The notes: generated from the sequence alone by a model not told the origin. Positions 10,392 through 20,260 are shown, numbered from the stretch's first letter. The stretch: 64,000 nucleotides of DNA from Latescibacteria bacterium UBA6620 (GCA_002433075.1 DJHM01000049.1:12164-76163); one strand, 5' to 3'. Made by a program: numbers and translations.

Positions 10392-10508
10392 CGGCTCGTA
10401 TACGAACTGGTAGCGGATCGGGGACGGACGAGATCGCCTCGATCGGGATTCACACGAGGGTTGGTCGGAGGCGGTCAGCCCTACATCTGAGATCGGCGTG
10501 GTGAGAAT

Positions 10509-11762
10509 ATGGCAATACGGATCGGAGTGATCGGATGCGCACGAATCCTTAACGCGCACCTGCGAGGGTTCAAAATTCTGCAGGAGGCGGGGTTCGGTGA
10601 CCTGTTTCAGGTCACCGCGCTTTGTGCCAGGAAGGAAGAGGACGCGCTTCGGTTTCGGAAGCGGGGTGAAGGCCCCGGGGCACGCCCGGATCCAATCGAA
10701 ACTCCGGGAGATCCACTCAATGCTCCTCATATGTATATAGACGATGATCTGCATCCTGGATCACCCCCAGTTATCTACACCGACTATCGGGCGATGCTTG
10801 CGGAGGGTCCGGTCGATGCAGTCGTGGTTTACACTGGCCACGACAGTCACCACACGATCGCCGTCGACGCGATGCGGGCTGGCAAGCACGTGGCGGTCGA
10901 GAAGGCGATGGCCATCACGGTGAAGGCGGCCCAACAGATGTGCGAAGTGGCCACGGAGACGGATCGCGTGCTCTCGGTTGACGAGAACGTTTTCTTCAGC
11001 CCGGCGACCCGGGGTGCGAAATGGGTCGTCGAACAGGGCACGATTGGGGAGGTGCAGATGATCTTTCGCGGGATCATCGGGTTCCCGTCCCATCGCCCCG
11101 ATCTGGCTACCGCGCGCACACCCTGGCGTCATTCCCGACTGGGCGCGGGGGGAGGGGTGTCGATCGATCTGGGTGTCCACCTGTTTAACGGGATTCGCCA
11201 AATCTGTGGACCGGTGGCGTCAGTCGGGGCGACGTGGCGCGTGCTGGAGGAGACCCGGGTGCTGCTGACGGACGACGACTCCGAAGTTGCCGAGCGCATC
11301 CCGAACGAAGTGGATGATGCCTTTTTCTCCAACTTCAGGCTCGAGAACGGGGGGCTTGGGCACGCCGCCGTAGCACGCAGCTCTCACGGACGACGCATCG
11401 GTGTGCCGGGCGGCACGAACGTGTGGGGTTCACGCGGTGCGCTTTCTGACGGCCGCTACTACACGGACGGTGAATCGGGTTCCCCACTCGGACGAATGAA
11501 GGCCGCGGATCCGGCAGGGTACCAGGCCGCTTTTCCGAACGGTGTGACCGACGCTTACGCGCTGGAACAGCTGGACTGGCTCCAGGCTATCGATGAGGGG
11601 CGGAAGCCGGAAATGACCGGCGAGGAAGGCACAATCGATCTTGCACTGGCCTACGCGATCCTGGAGTCGGGGTTGCTCAAGCGGGAAGTGACGCTTGAAG
11701 AGGTGCTTAGTGGAGAGGTGGACGCGTATCAGCAACCGATCAATCAGCACTACGGGTTGTAG
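10509..11762 (+). CDS. Gfo/Idh/MocA family oxidoreductase
   Basis: IRIGVIGCARI, AGKHVAVEKAMA, GGGVSIDLGVH. Confidence 0.9.
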   Translation: MAIRIGVIGCARILNAHLRGFKILQEAGFGDLFQVTALCARKEEDALRFRKRGEGPGARPDPIETPGDPLNAPHMYIDDDLHPGSPPVIYTDYRAMLAEGPVDAVVVYTGHDSHHTIAVDAMRAGKHVAVEKAMAITVKAAQQMCEVATETDRVLSVDENVFFSPATRGAKWVVEQGTIGEVQMIFRGIIGFPSHRPDLATARTPWRHSRLGAGGGVSIDLGVHLFNGIRQICGPVASVGATWRVLEETRVLLTDDDSEVAERIPNEVDDAFFSNFRLENGGLGHAAVARSSHGRRIGVPGGTNVWGSRGALSDGRYYTDGESGSPLGRMKAADPAGYQAAFPNGVTDAYALEQLDWLQAIDEGRKPEMTGEEGTIDLALAYAILESGLLKREVTLEEVLSGEVDAYQQPINQHYGL

Positions 11763-11808
11763 CCGGTGAACGCTCATCGAGTAGCCAGGCAGCGTTGTTG
11801 GAGACGGC

Positions 11809-12729
11809 GTGGCTAGATTCGCGGTTCTCGGCAACACAGGAGTGGACATCACCCTGCAGGGCGCACTGCCCTCCGCTCCGGCCGGGAGCGACGGGTGGAC
11901 CGATCGCAACGTACGATTCCTGGACCAGTCACCTGCCGCGGTGGTGGCGGGGAACGGAGGCGCTGCGGCCCACGTGCTCGCACGTCTCGGTGAACAGGTG
12001 ACCCTAGTGACGGCTCTGGGCACGGACCCTTTCGGACGGATGGCGCGCGACCAGCTGGAAGGCGTCGGGGTGGAGATCCGAACAGAGGAAGACGCCACGA
12101 CACCCGTGAACATTATCGGGGTGGCAGAAGCGGGTGGCCGCGCTTCGGCGTACTACACGGGTTCCTCGGTTCCCTGGAAGTTTGTTCTCGAGGATCGCTT
12201 CGACTGGGTGTTCGCCGCAGGCTATGGGCAGGTCGGTCTGGAAGACCTTGACACACTCGGAGCGATTTTCGGGACGGTTCGGAACGGTGGTGGGAAGGTA
12301 GCCTTCGATCCCGGCCCGTGGTTCGCCCGAGCACCCTTTCTGGTTCGTCTGAAGGAGGTCGTGGAAGGGGTCGACTGCGTGCTGGGGACCGAGGAAGAGC
12401 TTGGTGGGGTGGTTTCGGAATCTGATGTGGAGACCATCGCGAGTCGGCTGCTCTCAAGCGGTCCTGCCTGCGCGGCCGTCAAGCGCGGCCGCGCAGGCGC
12501 CCTTGTCGCAACTGAATCGGGAGTGGTGCATCAGCCGGTCGATCCGGTGGAGGACGCACACTCGGTGGGGGCCGGCGACTGCTTCAACGCGGTGTTTCTG
12601 AGCGCTTTCGCCAGGGGGCGATCGCCTTCGGAAGCTGTTCGGTCGGCCGTTGAGTTTTCCAGAAGGGTCGTGGAAGGTGGAGGAGGGGCCGCGGGGGCTT
12701 CGATGGACGGGCTTTTTGACAGTGTATAA
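11809..12729 (+). CDS. PfkB family carbohydrate kinase
   Basis: AGNGGAAA, LGTDPFG, FDPGP, VKRGRAGA, SVGAGDCFNA. Confidence 0.88.
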   Translation: MARFAVLGNTGVDITLQGALPSAPAGSDGWTDRNVRFLDQSPAAVVAGNGGAAAHVLARLGEQVTLVTALGTDPFGRMARDQLEGVGVEIRTEEDATTPVNIIGVAEAGGRASAYYTGSSVPWKFVLEDRFDWVFAAGYGQVGLEDLDTLGAIFGTVRNGGGKVAFDPGPWFARAPFLVRLKEVVEGVDCVLGTEEELGGVVSESDVETIASRLLSSGPACAAVKRGRAGALVATESGVVHQPVDPVEDAHSVGAGDCFNAVFLSAFARGRSPSEAVRSAVEFSRRVVEGGGGAAGASMDGLFDSV

Positions 12730-12745
12730 CTGGCCCCCGTATATT
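12716..12745 (+). promoter_or_regulatory. Putative sigma70 promoter for 12790 operon
   Basis: TTGACA (12716-21), 18 bp, TATATT (12740-45); GAGGAGG SD before ATG 12790. Confidence 0.55.
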
Positions 12746-12789
12746 GACCTCCACTCGATGTGGTGTTTTTGCTGTAAAGAGGAGGATGT

Positions 12790-13962
12790 ATGGCCAGGAA
12801 GATGAATGTGGCATTGCTCGGATATCAGTTTATGGGCAAAGCCCACAGCAACGCATTCAGACAGGTCAACCGGTTCTACCCCGATCTGGGTATCGAACCC
12901 GTGATGAAGGTACTCGTGGGACGGAACAAGGATGCCGTGACGTCCGCGGCAGCGGAATTCGGCTGGGAGGATGTCGAGACGAACTGGCGGCGCGCCATCG
13001 CTCGAGACGACATTGATATCGTGGACATCTGCACACCGGGGAAGCTACACGCACCGATGGCGATCGCGGCCCTCAAGGCGGGCAAGCATATCATCTGCGA
13101 AAAACCCCTGACGAACAATCTGAAGGAAGCCCGTGACGTACTCCGGGCGGCCAGAGGGTCGCGGAAGAAGACGCTGACCGCGTTCAACTACCGCCGGGTC
13201 CCCGCAGTCGCGCTCGCGAAGCAGATGATCGCGGAAGAGCGCATCGGGAAAATCTATCACTGGCGGGCGGTCTACCTCCAGGACTGGATTATGGATCCGA
13301 ATTTCCCGCTGGTGTGGCGACTTAAAAAAAGCGAAGCTGGATCCGGTCCTCACGGGGATCTGAATGCCCACATTACGGATCTCGCTATGCATCTGGTGGG
13401 AGATATCGATTCCGTCGTGGGAATGACGGAGGCGTTCATCAAGGAACGGCCGATCCCCGAGGCGATCGACGCGTCCCTCGGTGCCAGTGGTGGGCGTTCA
13501 AAGCGGAAGGGAAAAGTGACCGTTGAGGATGCGTGCTTGTTTATGGCGCGATTCAAGAACGGCGCCCTCGGATCTTTCGAGGCCACCCGATTCGCGAAGG
13601 GACGGAGGAATCACAACCGGTTCGAGATCAACGGAAGCAAGGGCAGCATCGTGTTCAATCTTGAGAAGATGAACGAGCTGCAATACTTCTCGGATGACGA
13701 CCCCGCGCACGCTCAGGGCTTCCGTGAGATTATCGTCGGCGAAAACGGAGCGCATCCGTATCTCGACGCCTGGTGGCCGCCGGGTCATATCATTGGCTGG
13801 GAGCATACCTTTACGCACGAAATCAAGGACTTCCTGGAAGCGATCGAAAAGAATCGCAAGGTATCTCCCGATTTCCACGAAGGCGCAAAGGTTCAGGCGG
13901 TTCTCGAGGCCGTGATGGATTCGGCCAAGACGAAACGCTGGACCAAAGTGGCTAAAGTCTAG
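12790..13962 (+). CDS. Gfo/Idh/MocA oxidoreductase (levoglucosan dehydrogenase/glycoside 3-dehydrogenase-like)
   Basis: GYQFMGKAHS, GKHIICEKPL, FNYRRVPAV, YLQDW, GSGPHGDLNAH, GSFEATR. Confidence 0.9.
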   Translation: MARKMNVALLGYQFMGKAHSNAFRQVNRFYPDLGIEPVMKVLVGRNKDAVTSAAAEFGWEDVETNWRRAIARDDIDIVDICTPGKLHAPMAIAALKAGKHIICEKPLTNNLKEARDVLRAARGSRKKTLTAFNYRRVPAVALAKQMIAEERIGKIYHWRAVYLQDWIMDPNFPLVWRLKKSEAGSGPHGDLNAHITDLAMHLVGDIDSVVGMTEAFIKERPIPEAIDASLGASGGRSKRKGKVTVEDACLFMARFKNGALGSFEATRFAKGRRNHNRFEINGSKGSIVFNLEKMNELQYFSDDDPAHAQGFREIIVGENGAHPYLDAWWPPGHIIGWEHTFTHEIKDFLEAIEKNRKVSPDFHEGAKVQAVLEAVMDSAKTKRWTKVAKV

Positions 13963-14061
13963 AGATCGAAACGTCACCCCTGAGCGGAGGGGACATTCTG
14001 GCGATGAGGTTGGACTCTGAATCCGCTCCGTCCGACCTGTCGCGAAGCCTGGAGAAAATCA

Positions 14062-15060
14062 ATGGCAAGACCTTGCACGCTGTTCACCGGACAATGGGCC
14101 GATCTGCCGCTGGAAGTGCTCGCGAAAAAGGCGAGCGAATGGGGCTACGACGGACTCGAACTGGGTTGCTGGGGAGATCACTTCGACGTAAACAAAGCGG
14201 CTTCGAGCGACCGGTACTGTCGGGATAAACGGGACACCCTCGAGAAGTACGGACTCAAATGCTGGTCGATCAGCAACCACCTGTCCGGACAGGCCGTGTG
14301 TGATCTCATCGATGATCGACACCGGGCGATTTTACCTCCGAAAGTGTGGGGCAACGGCAAGCCGGAGCAGGTTCGGCGGCGTGCGGCGAAAGAGATGATG
14401 GTGACGGCGGAAGCGGCAAAGGCCTTCGGGGTGAAGGTCGTGAACGGCTTTACAGGATCGTCGATCTGGCATCTGATCTATAGTTTTCCGCCCGTGGACC
14501 CTTCCGCGATCGATGCCGGATTCGAAGATTTCGCCGATCGTTGGAATCCCATCCTCGATGTGTTCAAGGCCAATCGGGTTCGGTTCGCCCTCGAGGTACA
14601 CCCGACGGAGATCGCGTTCGACATTGCCTCGGCCGCGAGAGCGTTGAAAGCACTGAAGAACCGATGGGAGTTCGGGTTCAATTACGATCCGAGTCATCTG
14701 GTCTATCAGAATGTGGACTACGTTGGATTCCTCAAGGAATTCGAGAAGCGCATCTATCATGTACATATGAAGGACGCCTATCTCTCCGTGACACCGACCC
14801 GGGCAGGGGTTTTCGGAGGTCACACCAACTTTGGAGACCTGGACCGTGCGTGGGACTTCCGTTCGCTTGGACGGGGGAGCGTGGATTTCGGAGAGATCAT
14901 CCGCACGCTGAACGACATCGGCTACGCCGGTCCCCTTTCCGTAGAATGGGAAGATTCTGGAATGGATCGCGAGCACGGGGCCGAGGAAGCCTGTATGTTC
15001 GTGAACAGAGTAGACTTCCCGGCTTCCGGGCGTGCTTTCGACGACTCCTTCGCCGAGTAA
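14062..15060 (+). CDS. Sugar phosphate isomerase/epimerase (xylose isomerase-like TIM barrel)
   Basis: [38 protein letters not shown]. Confidence 0.9.
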   Translation: MARPCTLFTGQWADLPLEVLAKKASEWGYDGLELGCWGDHFDVNKAASSDRYCRDKRDTLEKYGLKCWSISNHLSGQAVCDLIDDRHRAILPPKVWGNGKPEQVRRRAAKEMMVTAEAAKAFGVKVVNGFTGSSIWHLIYSFPPVDPSAIDAGFEDFADRWNPILDVFKANRVRFALEVHPTEIAFDIASAARALKALKNRWEFGFNYDPSHLVYQNVDYVGFLKEFEKRIYHVHMKDAYLSVTPTRAGVFGGHTNFGDLDRAWDFRSLGRGSVDFGEIIRTLNDIGYAGPLSVEWEDSGMDREHGAEEACMFVNRVDFPASGRAFDDSFAE

Positions 15061-15081
15061 CTCCACCTAAACGACACATCT

Positions 15082-15128
15082 GGCAGCGGGTGCGCACATC
15101 GCTAGTCGCACCCGCTGTCTTCGTTTTG
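15082..15128 (+). terminator. Probable intrinsic terminator
   Basis: GGCAGCGGGTGCG / CGCACCCGCTGTC stem followed by TTCGTTTT. Confidence 0.6.
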
Positions 15129-15147
15129 TGCTAGCGAGGTAATTCAG

Positions 15148-16704
15148 ATGGGAAGTCGCTGGCTCCTACTGGTGCTCGTACTACTTTCCTCTTCGTGCGA
15201 AGGGGACCGGACAGCCACACTGGTGTTCGGAAGAGGGGGAGACTCTGTCGGACTCGATCCCGCTCTTGAGTCCGACGGCGAGTCGTTCAAGGTCTGTGAC
15301 AACATCTATGACTCGCTGGTGCGGTTTCGGAAGGAGAGCACTGACATTGAGCCGGCTCTGGCAACCTCCTGGATGGTTTCTGACGATCGTCTGACCTGGA
15401 CGTTCCTTCTGAGGGAGGGGGTGAAGTTCCACGACGGAACCCCGTTCGATGCAGAAGCGGTGGTGTTTTCTCTCGGGCGACAGTTCCAGAAGGACCATCC
15501 CCATCACGAGGTGGAGGGCGCCTACCAGTACTGGAACAGTATGTCGATGTCCGACATCGTGAAGGACATCCGTAGCGTGTCCCCTCACCGTGTGGATGTT
15601 GAACTGCATCGTCCGACGGCTCCGTTTCTCTCCAATCTGGCGATGGGGTTCTGTTCGATCGTCAGTCCGACGGCTGTGCGAAAGTGGGGAGAGGATTACC
15701 CTCGCCACCCCGTGGGTACGGGCCCGTTCGCATTCGCGGAGTGGATCAAGGATGACCGAATCGTTTTGACCCGGAACACGGACTACTGGGACGGAGTTCC
15801 GGCGGTGGAGCGCGTCATCTTCCGTAGCATTCCTGAAAACTCCGTGCGTCTCATCGCACTGAGTCAGGGAGCCATCAGCGGGATGGATAACCTGGTCCCC
15901 GATTTCATCCCGAATATCGAGGCCAACCCGAAACTCAAACTGTTGAAGCAGGCGGGTATGAACGTGGGATACCTCGCGATGAATATGGATCGCCACCCCT
16001 TTCACCTGCTGAAGGTGCGACGGGCCGTCAATCACGCCATCAACAAGCAGGCCATCGTCGACAACCTGTATCACGGGCTTGCGAACGTTGCAGTGAACCC
16101 GATTCCCCCGACGATGTGGAGCTACCACGAGGGGATCGTGGGCTATGCTTACGACCCGGCCCGGGCCCGTCGCCTGCTGGCGGAAGCGGGATTCCCGGAG
16201 GGCTTCAAGACAACGCTCTGGGCGATGCCGGTTCCACGCCCGTATATGCCTCAGCCGTTGAAGCTTGCCCAGGCGATCCAGGCGGATCTGAAGGCGGTCG
16301 GGATCGAGGCGGAGATCGTGACCTACGAGTGGGGTACCTATCTGGACAAAGTGCAGCGAGGACAGCACGATATGGGATTGCTCGGATGGACCGGAGACAA
16401 CGGAGACCCGGACAACTTCCTATACGTGTTGCTCGACCAAAGCGCGACCGCGTTTCCCGCGAATAACATCGCCTTTTATCGGAGCGAAGAGCTTCACGAA
16501 TTGCTGATTCAGGCTCAGGTAGAGGTGAATGTTGAAACCAGGACGGACCTTTACAGACGCGCGCAGGAGATCATTCACAGGGATGCACCGTGGACCCCCC
16601 TCGTGCACGTGGCACAGACCGCCGCCTTTGGGAAGGACGTTGCGGGATTCAGCCTGCATCCGACGGGCAGAAAATGGTTCAAAGACGTTACGCTGAATCG
16701 ATAA
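15148..16704 (+). CDS. dppA: Dipeptide/oligopeptide ABC transporter substrate-binding lipoprotein
   Basis: Lipobox-like LSSSC, LREGVKFHDGTPF, PVGTGPF, WAMPVPRPYMP, GWTGDNGDPDNFL. Confidence 0.9.
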   Translation: MGSRWLLLVLVLLSSSCEGDRTATLVFGRGGDSVGLDPALESDGESFKVCDNIYDSLVRFRKESTDIEPALATSWMVSDDRLTWTFLLREGVKFHDGTPFDAEAVVFSLGRQFQKDHPHHEVEGAYQYWNSMSMSDIVKDIRSVSPHRVDVELHRPTAPFLSNLAMGFCSIVSPTAVRKWGEDYPRHPVGTGPFAFAEWIKDDRIVLTRNTDYWDGVPAVERVIFRSIPENSVRLIALSQGAISGMDNLVPDFIPNIEANPKLKLLKQAGMNVGYLAMNMDRHPFHLLKVRRAVNHAINKQAIVDNLYHGLANVAVNPIPPTMWSYHEGIVGYAYDPARARRLLAEAGFPEGFKTTLWAMPVPRPYMPQPLKLAQAIQADLKAVGIEAEIVTYEWGTYLDKVQRGQHDMGLLGWTGDNGDPDNFLYVLLDQSATAFPANNIAFYRSEELHELLIQAQVEVNVETRTDLYRRAQEIIHRDAPWTPLVHVAQTAAFGKDVAGFSLHPTGRKWFKDVTLNR

Positions 16705-16725
16705 GCCACAGATAAGGGAGAGGAT

Positions 16726-16761
16726 GGGGCAGGCGGTCGATCCGTCGCGCCCCCTTTTTTT
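16726..16761 (+). terminator. Intercistronic hairpin with T-tract after dppA
   Basis: GGGGCAGGCGG...TCCGTCGCGCCCC then T7, directly before the dppB start. Confidence 0.5.
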
Positions 16762-17775
16762 ATGGCCGGATTCGTTCTGAGGAGACTGACGACCATAGTC
16801 CCTACTCTGCTTGGGATTACGGTCGCCGTGTTCCTGATGGTCCACTTGGTGCCGGGAGACCCCGCGCAGGTGATGCTGGGTGAGCGAGCGACGCCCGAGA
16901 GCCTCGAGGTGCTTCGGCGAGAACTCGGTCTCGACCAGCCCTGGTACGTGCAGTTGGGACGTTACCTCGGCGGGCTGGCGTCCGGTGACCTCGGTCGGTC
17001 GATCAAATCACACACGCCCGTGTCTGCGGAATTGGCCACGCGGTTCCCGGCCACGTTCGAGTTGACGTTGGCGGCGATGGTCCTTGCCTGCGCGATCGGG
17101 CTGGTGGCGGGTGTGCTGTCCGCGACCCGGCGCAATTCGATCTGGGACTTCGCCGGACTGGCGGCCTCCCTTGCTGGAGTGTCGATGCCGATCTTCTGGT
17201 TGGGTCTGATTCTGATCCTCTTTCTGGCGGTGAATCTGGGATGGTTTCCTGTGGCCGGACGCGTGAGCGCCACGACGTACATCGAGGCCCGGACCGGTCT
17301 GTTCCTGATCGACAGCCTGGTGGCGGGGAACTTTCGGGCCTTCGGCGACGTTGTGCACCATCTGTTCTTGCCGGCGCTGACGTTGGGGACCGTCCCGGCT
17401 GCTGTGATTTCGCGGATGACCCGGTCGAGCCTGCTCGAGGTGCTTCACGAAGATTATGTGCGGACGGGACGGGCGAAAGGTCTTGTCGAGTGGTTGGTGG
17501 TGCTGCGTCACGCACTGAGGAACGCGTTCATTCCCGTGTTGACGGTAATCAGCCTCCAGTTCGGGTATCTGCTGGGCGGCGCGGTGATCACCGAGACGAT
17601 TTTCGCCTGGCCGGGGATTGGGCGGTGGCTGTTGCTGGCGGTCTATGCCCGAGATTTCCGGGCGATTCAGGGCGGAGTACTGCTCGTGTCGTTGACCTTC
17701 GTCACGATCAACCTGATCGCGGATGTGCTCTACGCCTGGATCGACCCGCGAATCAAGTACAGGGAGTCGTCGTGA
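16762..17775 (+). CDS. dppB: Peptide ABC transporter permease
   Basis: PGDPA, GDLGRS, FPATFEL, EDYVRTGRAKG, RHALRNA, ETIFAWPGIG. Confidence 0.92.
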   Translation: MAGFVLRRLTTIVPTLLGITVAVFLMVHLVPGDPAQVMLGERATPESLEVLRRELGLDQPWYVQLGRYLGGLASGDLGRSIKSHTPVSAELATRFPATFELTLAAMVLACAIGLVAGVLSATRRNSIWDFAGLAASLAGVSMPIFWLGLILILFLAVNLGWFPVAGRVSATTYIEARTGLFLIDSLVAGNFRAFGDVVHHLFLPALTLGTVPAAVISRMTRSSLLEVLHEDYVRTGRAKGLVEWLVVLRHALRNAFIPVLTVISLQFGYLLGGAVITETIFAWPGIGRWLLLAVYARDFRAIQGGVLLVSLTFVTINLIADVLYAWIDPRIKYRESS

Positions 17776-18632
17776 CCTCCGCGGGAACGGGTGGGCTTCA
17801 GCATCTCTGGGTCCGGTATCGAACGAATCGATCGGCCGTGGTCGGGGGTGGCTTGCTCGTGTTGTTTCTCGTGGTGGCCGCAGGCGTCCCCTGGATTGCG
17901 ACCCACGACCCGCTTGCCCAGGACCTGTATGGTCGTCTATCTGCTCCCTCGTGGGATCACCTTTTTGGCACAGACGACTTCGGGAGAGACATCTTCAGCC
18001 GCGTGATTCACGGGAGTCGCATCTCGCTGAAGATCGGGCTGGCGGCCGTCGGCGTAGCCCTGTCGGTCGGCACCCTGATCGGACTGATCGCTGGCTATAA
18101 GGGGGGGGCAGTCGACCAGGGCTTGATGCGGGTGATGGACGTGATGCTGGCTTTCCCGAGTATCTTGCTTGCCATCGGGATCGTGGCCATCCTGGGTCCG
18201 GGTCTGAATCACGCGATGCTGGCCGTGGGGATCGTGGCGATCCCCCAGTACGCACGACTGGTGAGGGCATCGACGCTGACGGTTCGGGAGGCTGATTACG
18301 TCCAGGCACTCCGAGCGCTCGGGGCTGGGGATGTCCGAATTCTGGCGACGGCGGTTCTGCCGAACTGTGTGGCCCCTTTGATGGTCCAGGCCACGCTCGG
18401 TCTGGCAACGTCGATCCTGGATGCGGCAGGACTCAGTTTCCTCGGGCTGGGTGCGCAACCTCCGACGCCCGAGTGGGGGGCGATGTTGAGCGGAGGGCGG
18501 GAGTTGATTCTGAGTGCGCCCTGGGTTCTGACCTATCCCGGGTGTGCCATTTTCGCGACAGTGCTCTCATTCAATCTGCTGGGGGACGGATTGAGAGACG
18601 CATTCGACCCCAGAAGGGTGAGCGGCGAATGA
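17772..18632 (+). CDS. dppC: Peptide ABC transporter permease
   Basis: GTG start overlapping the dppB stop (GTGA); HLFGTDDFGRDIFSR, LSFLGLGAQPPTPEWG, FNLLGDGLRDAFDP. Confidence 0.92.
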   Translation: MTSAGTGGLQHLWVRYRTNRSAVVGGGLLVLFLVVAAGVPWIATHDPLAQDLYGRLSAPSWDHLFGTDDFGRDIFSRVIHGSRISLKIGLAAVGVALSVGTLIGLIAGYKGGAVDQGLMRVMDVMLAFPSILLAIGIVAILGPGLNHAMLAVGIVAIPQYARLVRASTLTVREADYVQALRALGAGDVRILATAVLPNCVAPLMVQATLGLATSILDAAGLSFLGLGAQPPTPEWGAMLSGGRELILSAPWVLTYPGCAIFATVLSFNLLGDGLRDAFDPRRVSGE

Positions 18633-18650
18633 CCTTTCAGGGCTTGTAAA

Positions 18651-18679
18651 TTGACTTCGATTTTGGGCCGACCTATATT
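18651..18679 (+). promoter_or_regulatory. sigma70 promoter of putative small RNA
   Basis: TTGACT (18651-56), 17 bp, TATATT (18674-79). Confidence 0.7.
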
Positions 18680-18685
18680 GCGCTT

Positions 18686-18920
18686 ACACAGAAAGGAGGT
18701 GGTCCGATGACAGACATGACCAGTGGAGGTGGCTGTAGTTAGGTGCGTGCGCCAGGCTGTGCAGTACGCTGGCAGCGCACCTGGCTAATCTAACTCAGTC
18801 ACCGGGCGGTAACCGATTCGTCACCTCGACGGGGCCCATCGTGGTTCGGTGAGACGGACGCTACCGTTTTGAAATAGGCGTCGCGTGGGAGGCTCGTCCT
18901 CTCACGCGACGTTTCTATTC
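18686..18920 (+). ncRNA. Putative structured small RNA / mini-ORF transcript with extended complementarity to the 16S 3' end
   Basis: Own promoter and terminator; AGAAAGGAGGTGGTCCG (18690-706), ORF MTDMTSGGGCS* (18707-742), three stem-loops; no long ORF. Confidence 0.55.
18877..18920 (+). terminator. Intrinsic terminator
   Basis: 16-bp stem GGCGTCGCGTGGGAGG / CCTCTCACGCGACGTT followed by a T-rich tail (TCTATTC). Confidence 0.7.
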
Positions 18921-18955
18921 GTGTTCTCGATGCCCCACGGTACGGGGCTTTTCCC

Positions 18956-18984
18956 TTGACTTATGCAAGGGCCAACCTCATAAT
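18956..18984 (+). promoter_or_regulatory. sigma70 promoter for 19059 operon
   Basis: TTGACT (18956-61), 17 bp, CATAAT (18979-84). Confidence 0.6.
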
Positions 18985-19058
18985 CGAGACGATTGTTCAA
19001 CGCCCTTCGCCGCACAATTCCCCCCTGATTTTTCTGACTCCTCTTCGGAGATTCCACA

Positions 19059-20258
19059 ATGATCCAGCTCCATTTCGACATCCGCGATCTGTTCCGCGTG
19101 ATCCGACTCGGTTGGTCCGGAAAGAAGATCTGGACCGGGCTGTGCGGGTTGATCGTCGCTTACGTCGGCTACTTAGCGCTCGTAACGCTAGGGTTCAGTG
19201 TTTCTGGAACCTCCGCGAGCGAGGTCTGGCACCAGCACGGGTTGTTCCCCGGAGCTTCGCCCGAGTCTCTACCCCTCGCGGGGTCGATTCTTCACGTCAT
19301 CGCGATGTTGTTCGCGGCCGCCATCTTATACATCACGTCGTGTATGATGTGCAAGATCACCTACCAGCAACTTCGAGGAGACGACTTCTATTCGTCTGGC
19401 GATGCGTGGCTCTTCGTGAAGTCACACTGGGGGGGTGCCCTGTTCGGACCGATCGCCGTCCTCGTGCTTCTGGCGATCTTCGTCGTGACAGGTGTAATCA
19501 TCGGCTGGGTCGCGGGTCTGATTCCCTACGTCGGGGAGTTCGCGTTTGCGATTGCTTTCATACCCATTTTCTTCGCCGCCCTGGTCGCGGTGTTCATTGT
19601 GGCCGCGCTCGCTGCATCGCTTCTGTTTACGCCTGCGATCGTCGGCACAGTCGGAGAAGACACGCTGGAAGTGCTCATTCAGTCTTTCTCCCTTTGCTGG
19701 AGCCAGCCGTGGCGGCTGATCGGTTATACCGCCTGGGTGGCCGTATCGGTCCTGATCGGTGCGGTGCTGCTGAGTGGGATGATGACGCTGGCGTTGGGGC
19801 TCGTCACGTGGGCGTGCGGTCTTGGAATGGGGGCAAAACTGACAAGCCTGATGCTCATCGCCCAGAGCTACCTTGCGCCGATCGACTTTACCTCCTTGTT
19901 CCAGGATGTGGCCGACACCGGGTCTCCATGGGAATCCGGCTCAGGGAGCCGAACGGGATCATTGGTCTGGTCGGGTCGGATTCTGGGGGTGATGCTGATC
20001 CTGCTTTCCGGCGTCTTCCTCGCGTACGTTCAAGCCGCCTACGCCAGTGGAGCGAGTCTGATCTATGTAATCCTGCGTCGCAAGAAGGACGACGAGAATC
20101 TTCTCGAATGGGAAGATCCGGATATGGAAGATCTGGATTTCTCGAACTTCGACGAGAACAAGGATGACGAGGCAGACACGTCTGGCGCCGGCGATGGCGA
20201 ACGGTCTGGAGAGCGGGAGGGAAACGGCGAGGGTGACGCATCGTCCGAGAAGACCTGA
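19059..20258 (+). CDS. Hypothetical multi-pass membrane protein with acidic C-terminal tail
   Basis: Several hydrophobic segments, D/E-rich tail, GGAG SD. Confidence 0.75.
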   Translation: MIQLHFDIRDLFRVIRLGWSGKKIWTGLCGLIVAYVGYLALVTLGFSVSGTSASEVWHQHGLFPGASPESLPLAGSILHVIAMLFAAAILYITSCMMCKITYQQLRGDDFYSSGDAWLFVKSHWGGALFGPIAVLVLLAIFVVTGVIIGWVAGLIPYVGEFAFAIAFIPIFFAALVAVFIVAALAASLLFTPAIVGTVGEDTLEVLIQSFSLCWSQPWRLIGYTAWVAVSVLIGAVLLSGMMTLALGLVTWACGLGMGAKLTSLMLIAQSYLAPIDFTSLFQDVADTGSPWESGSGSRTGSLVWSGRILGVMLILLSGVFLAYVQAAYASGASLIYVILRRKKDDENLLEWEDPDMEDLDFSNFDENKDDEADTSGAGDGERSGEREGNGEGDASSEKT

Positions 20259-20260
20259 TC

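Noticed and set aside
13972-14050. REP-like hairpin (GTCACCCCT...AGGGGAC) between the Gfo and isomerase genes
   Set aside because: Single short imperfect copy; not enough support.
15148-18632. dppABC without ATPase genes as a novelty
   Set aside because: ATPases are commonly encoded elsewhere and shared.
18690-18706. Reverse-complement 16S rRNA gene fragment
   Set aside because: Similarity stops after about 17 nt and includes substitutions tolerated only as G-U pairs; no flanking rRNA sequence.
18740-18793. Pyrrolysine or selenocysteine recoding as a firm call
   Set aside because: The codon is UAG, not UGA, and no pyl genes are visible; kept only as one hypothesis.
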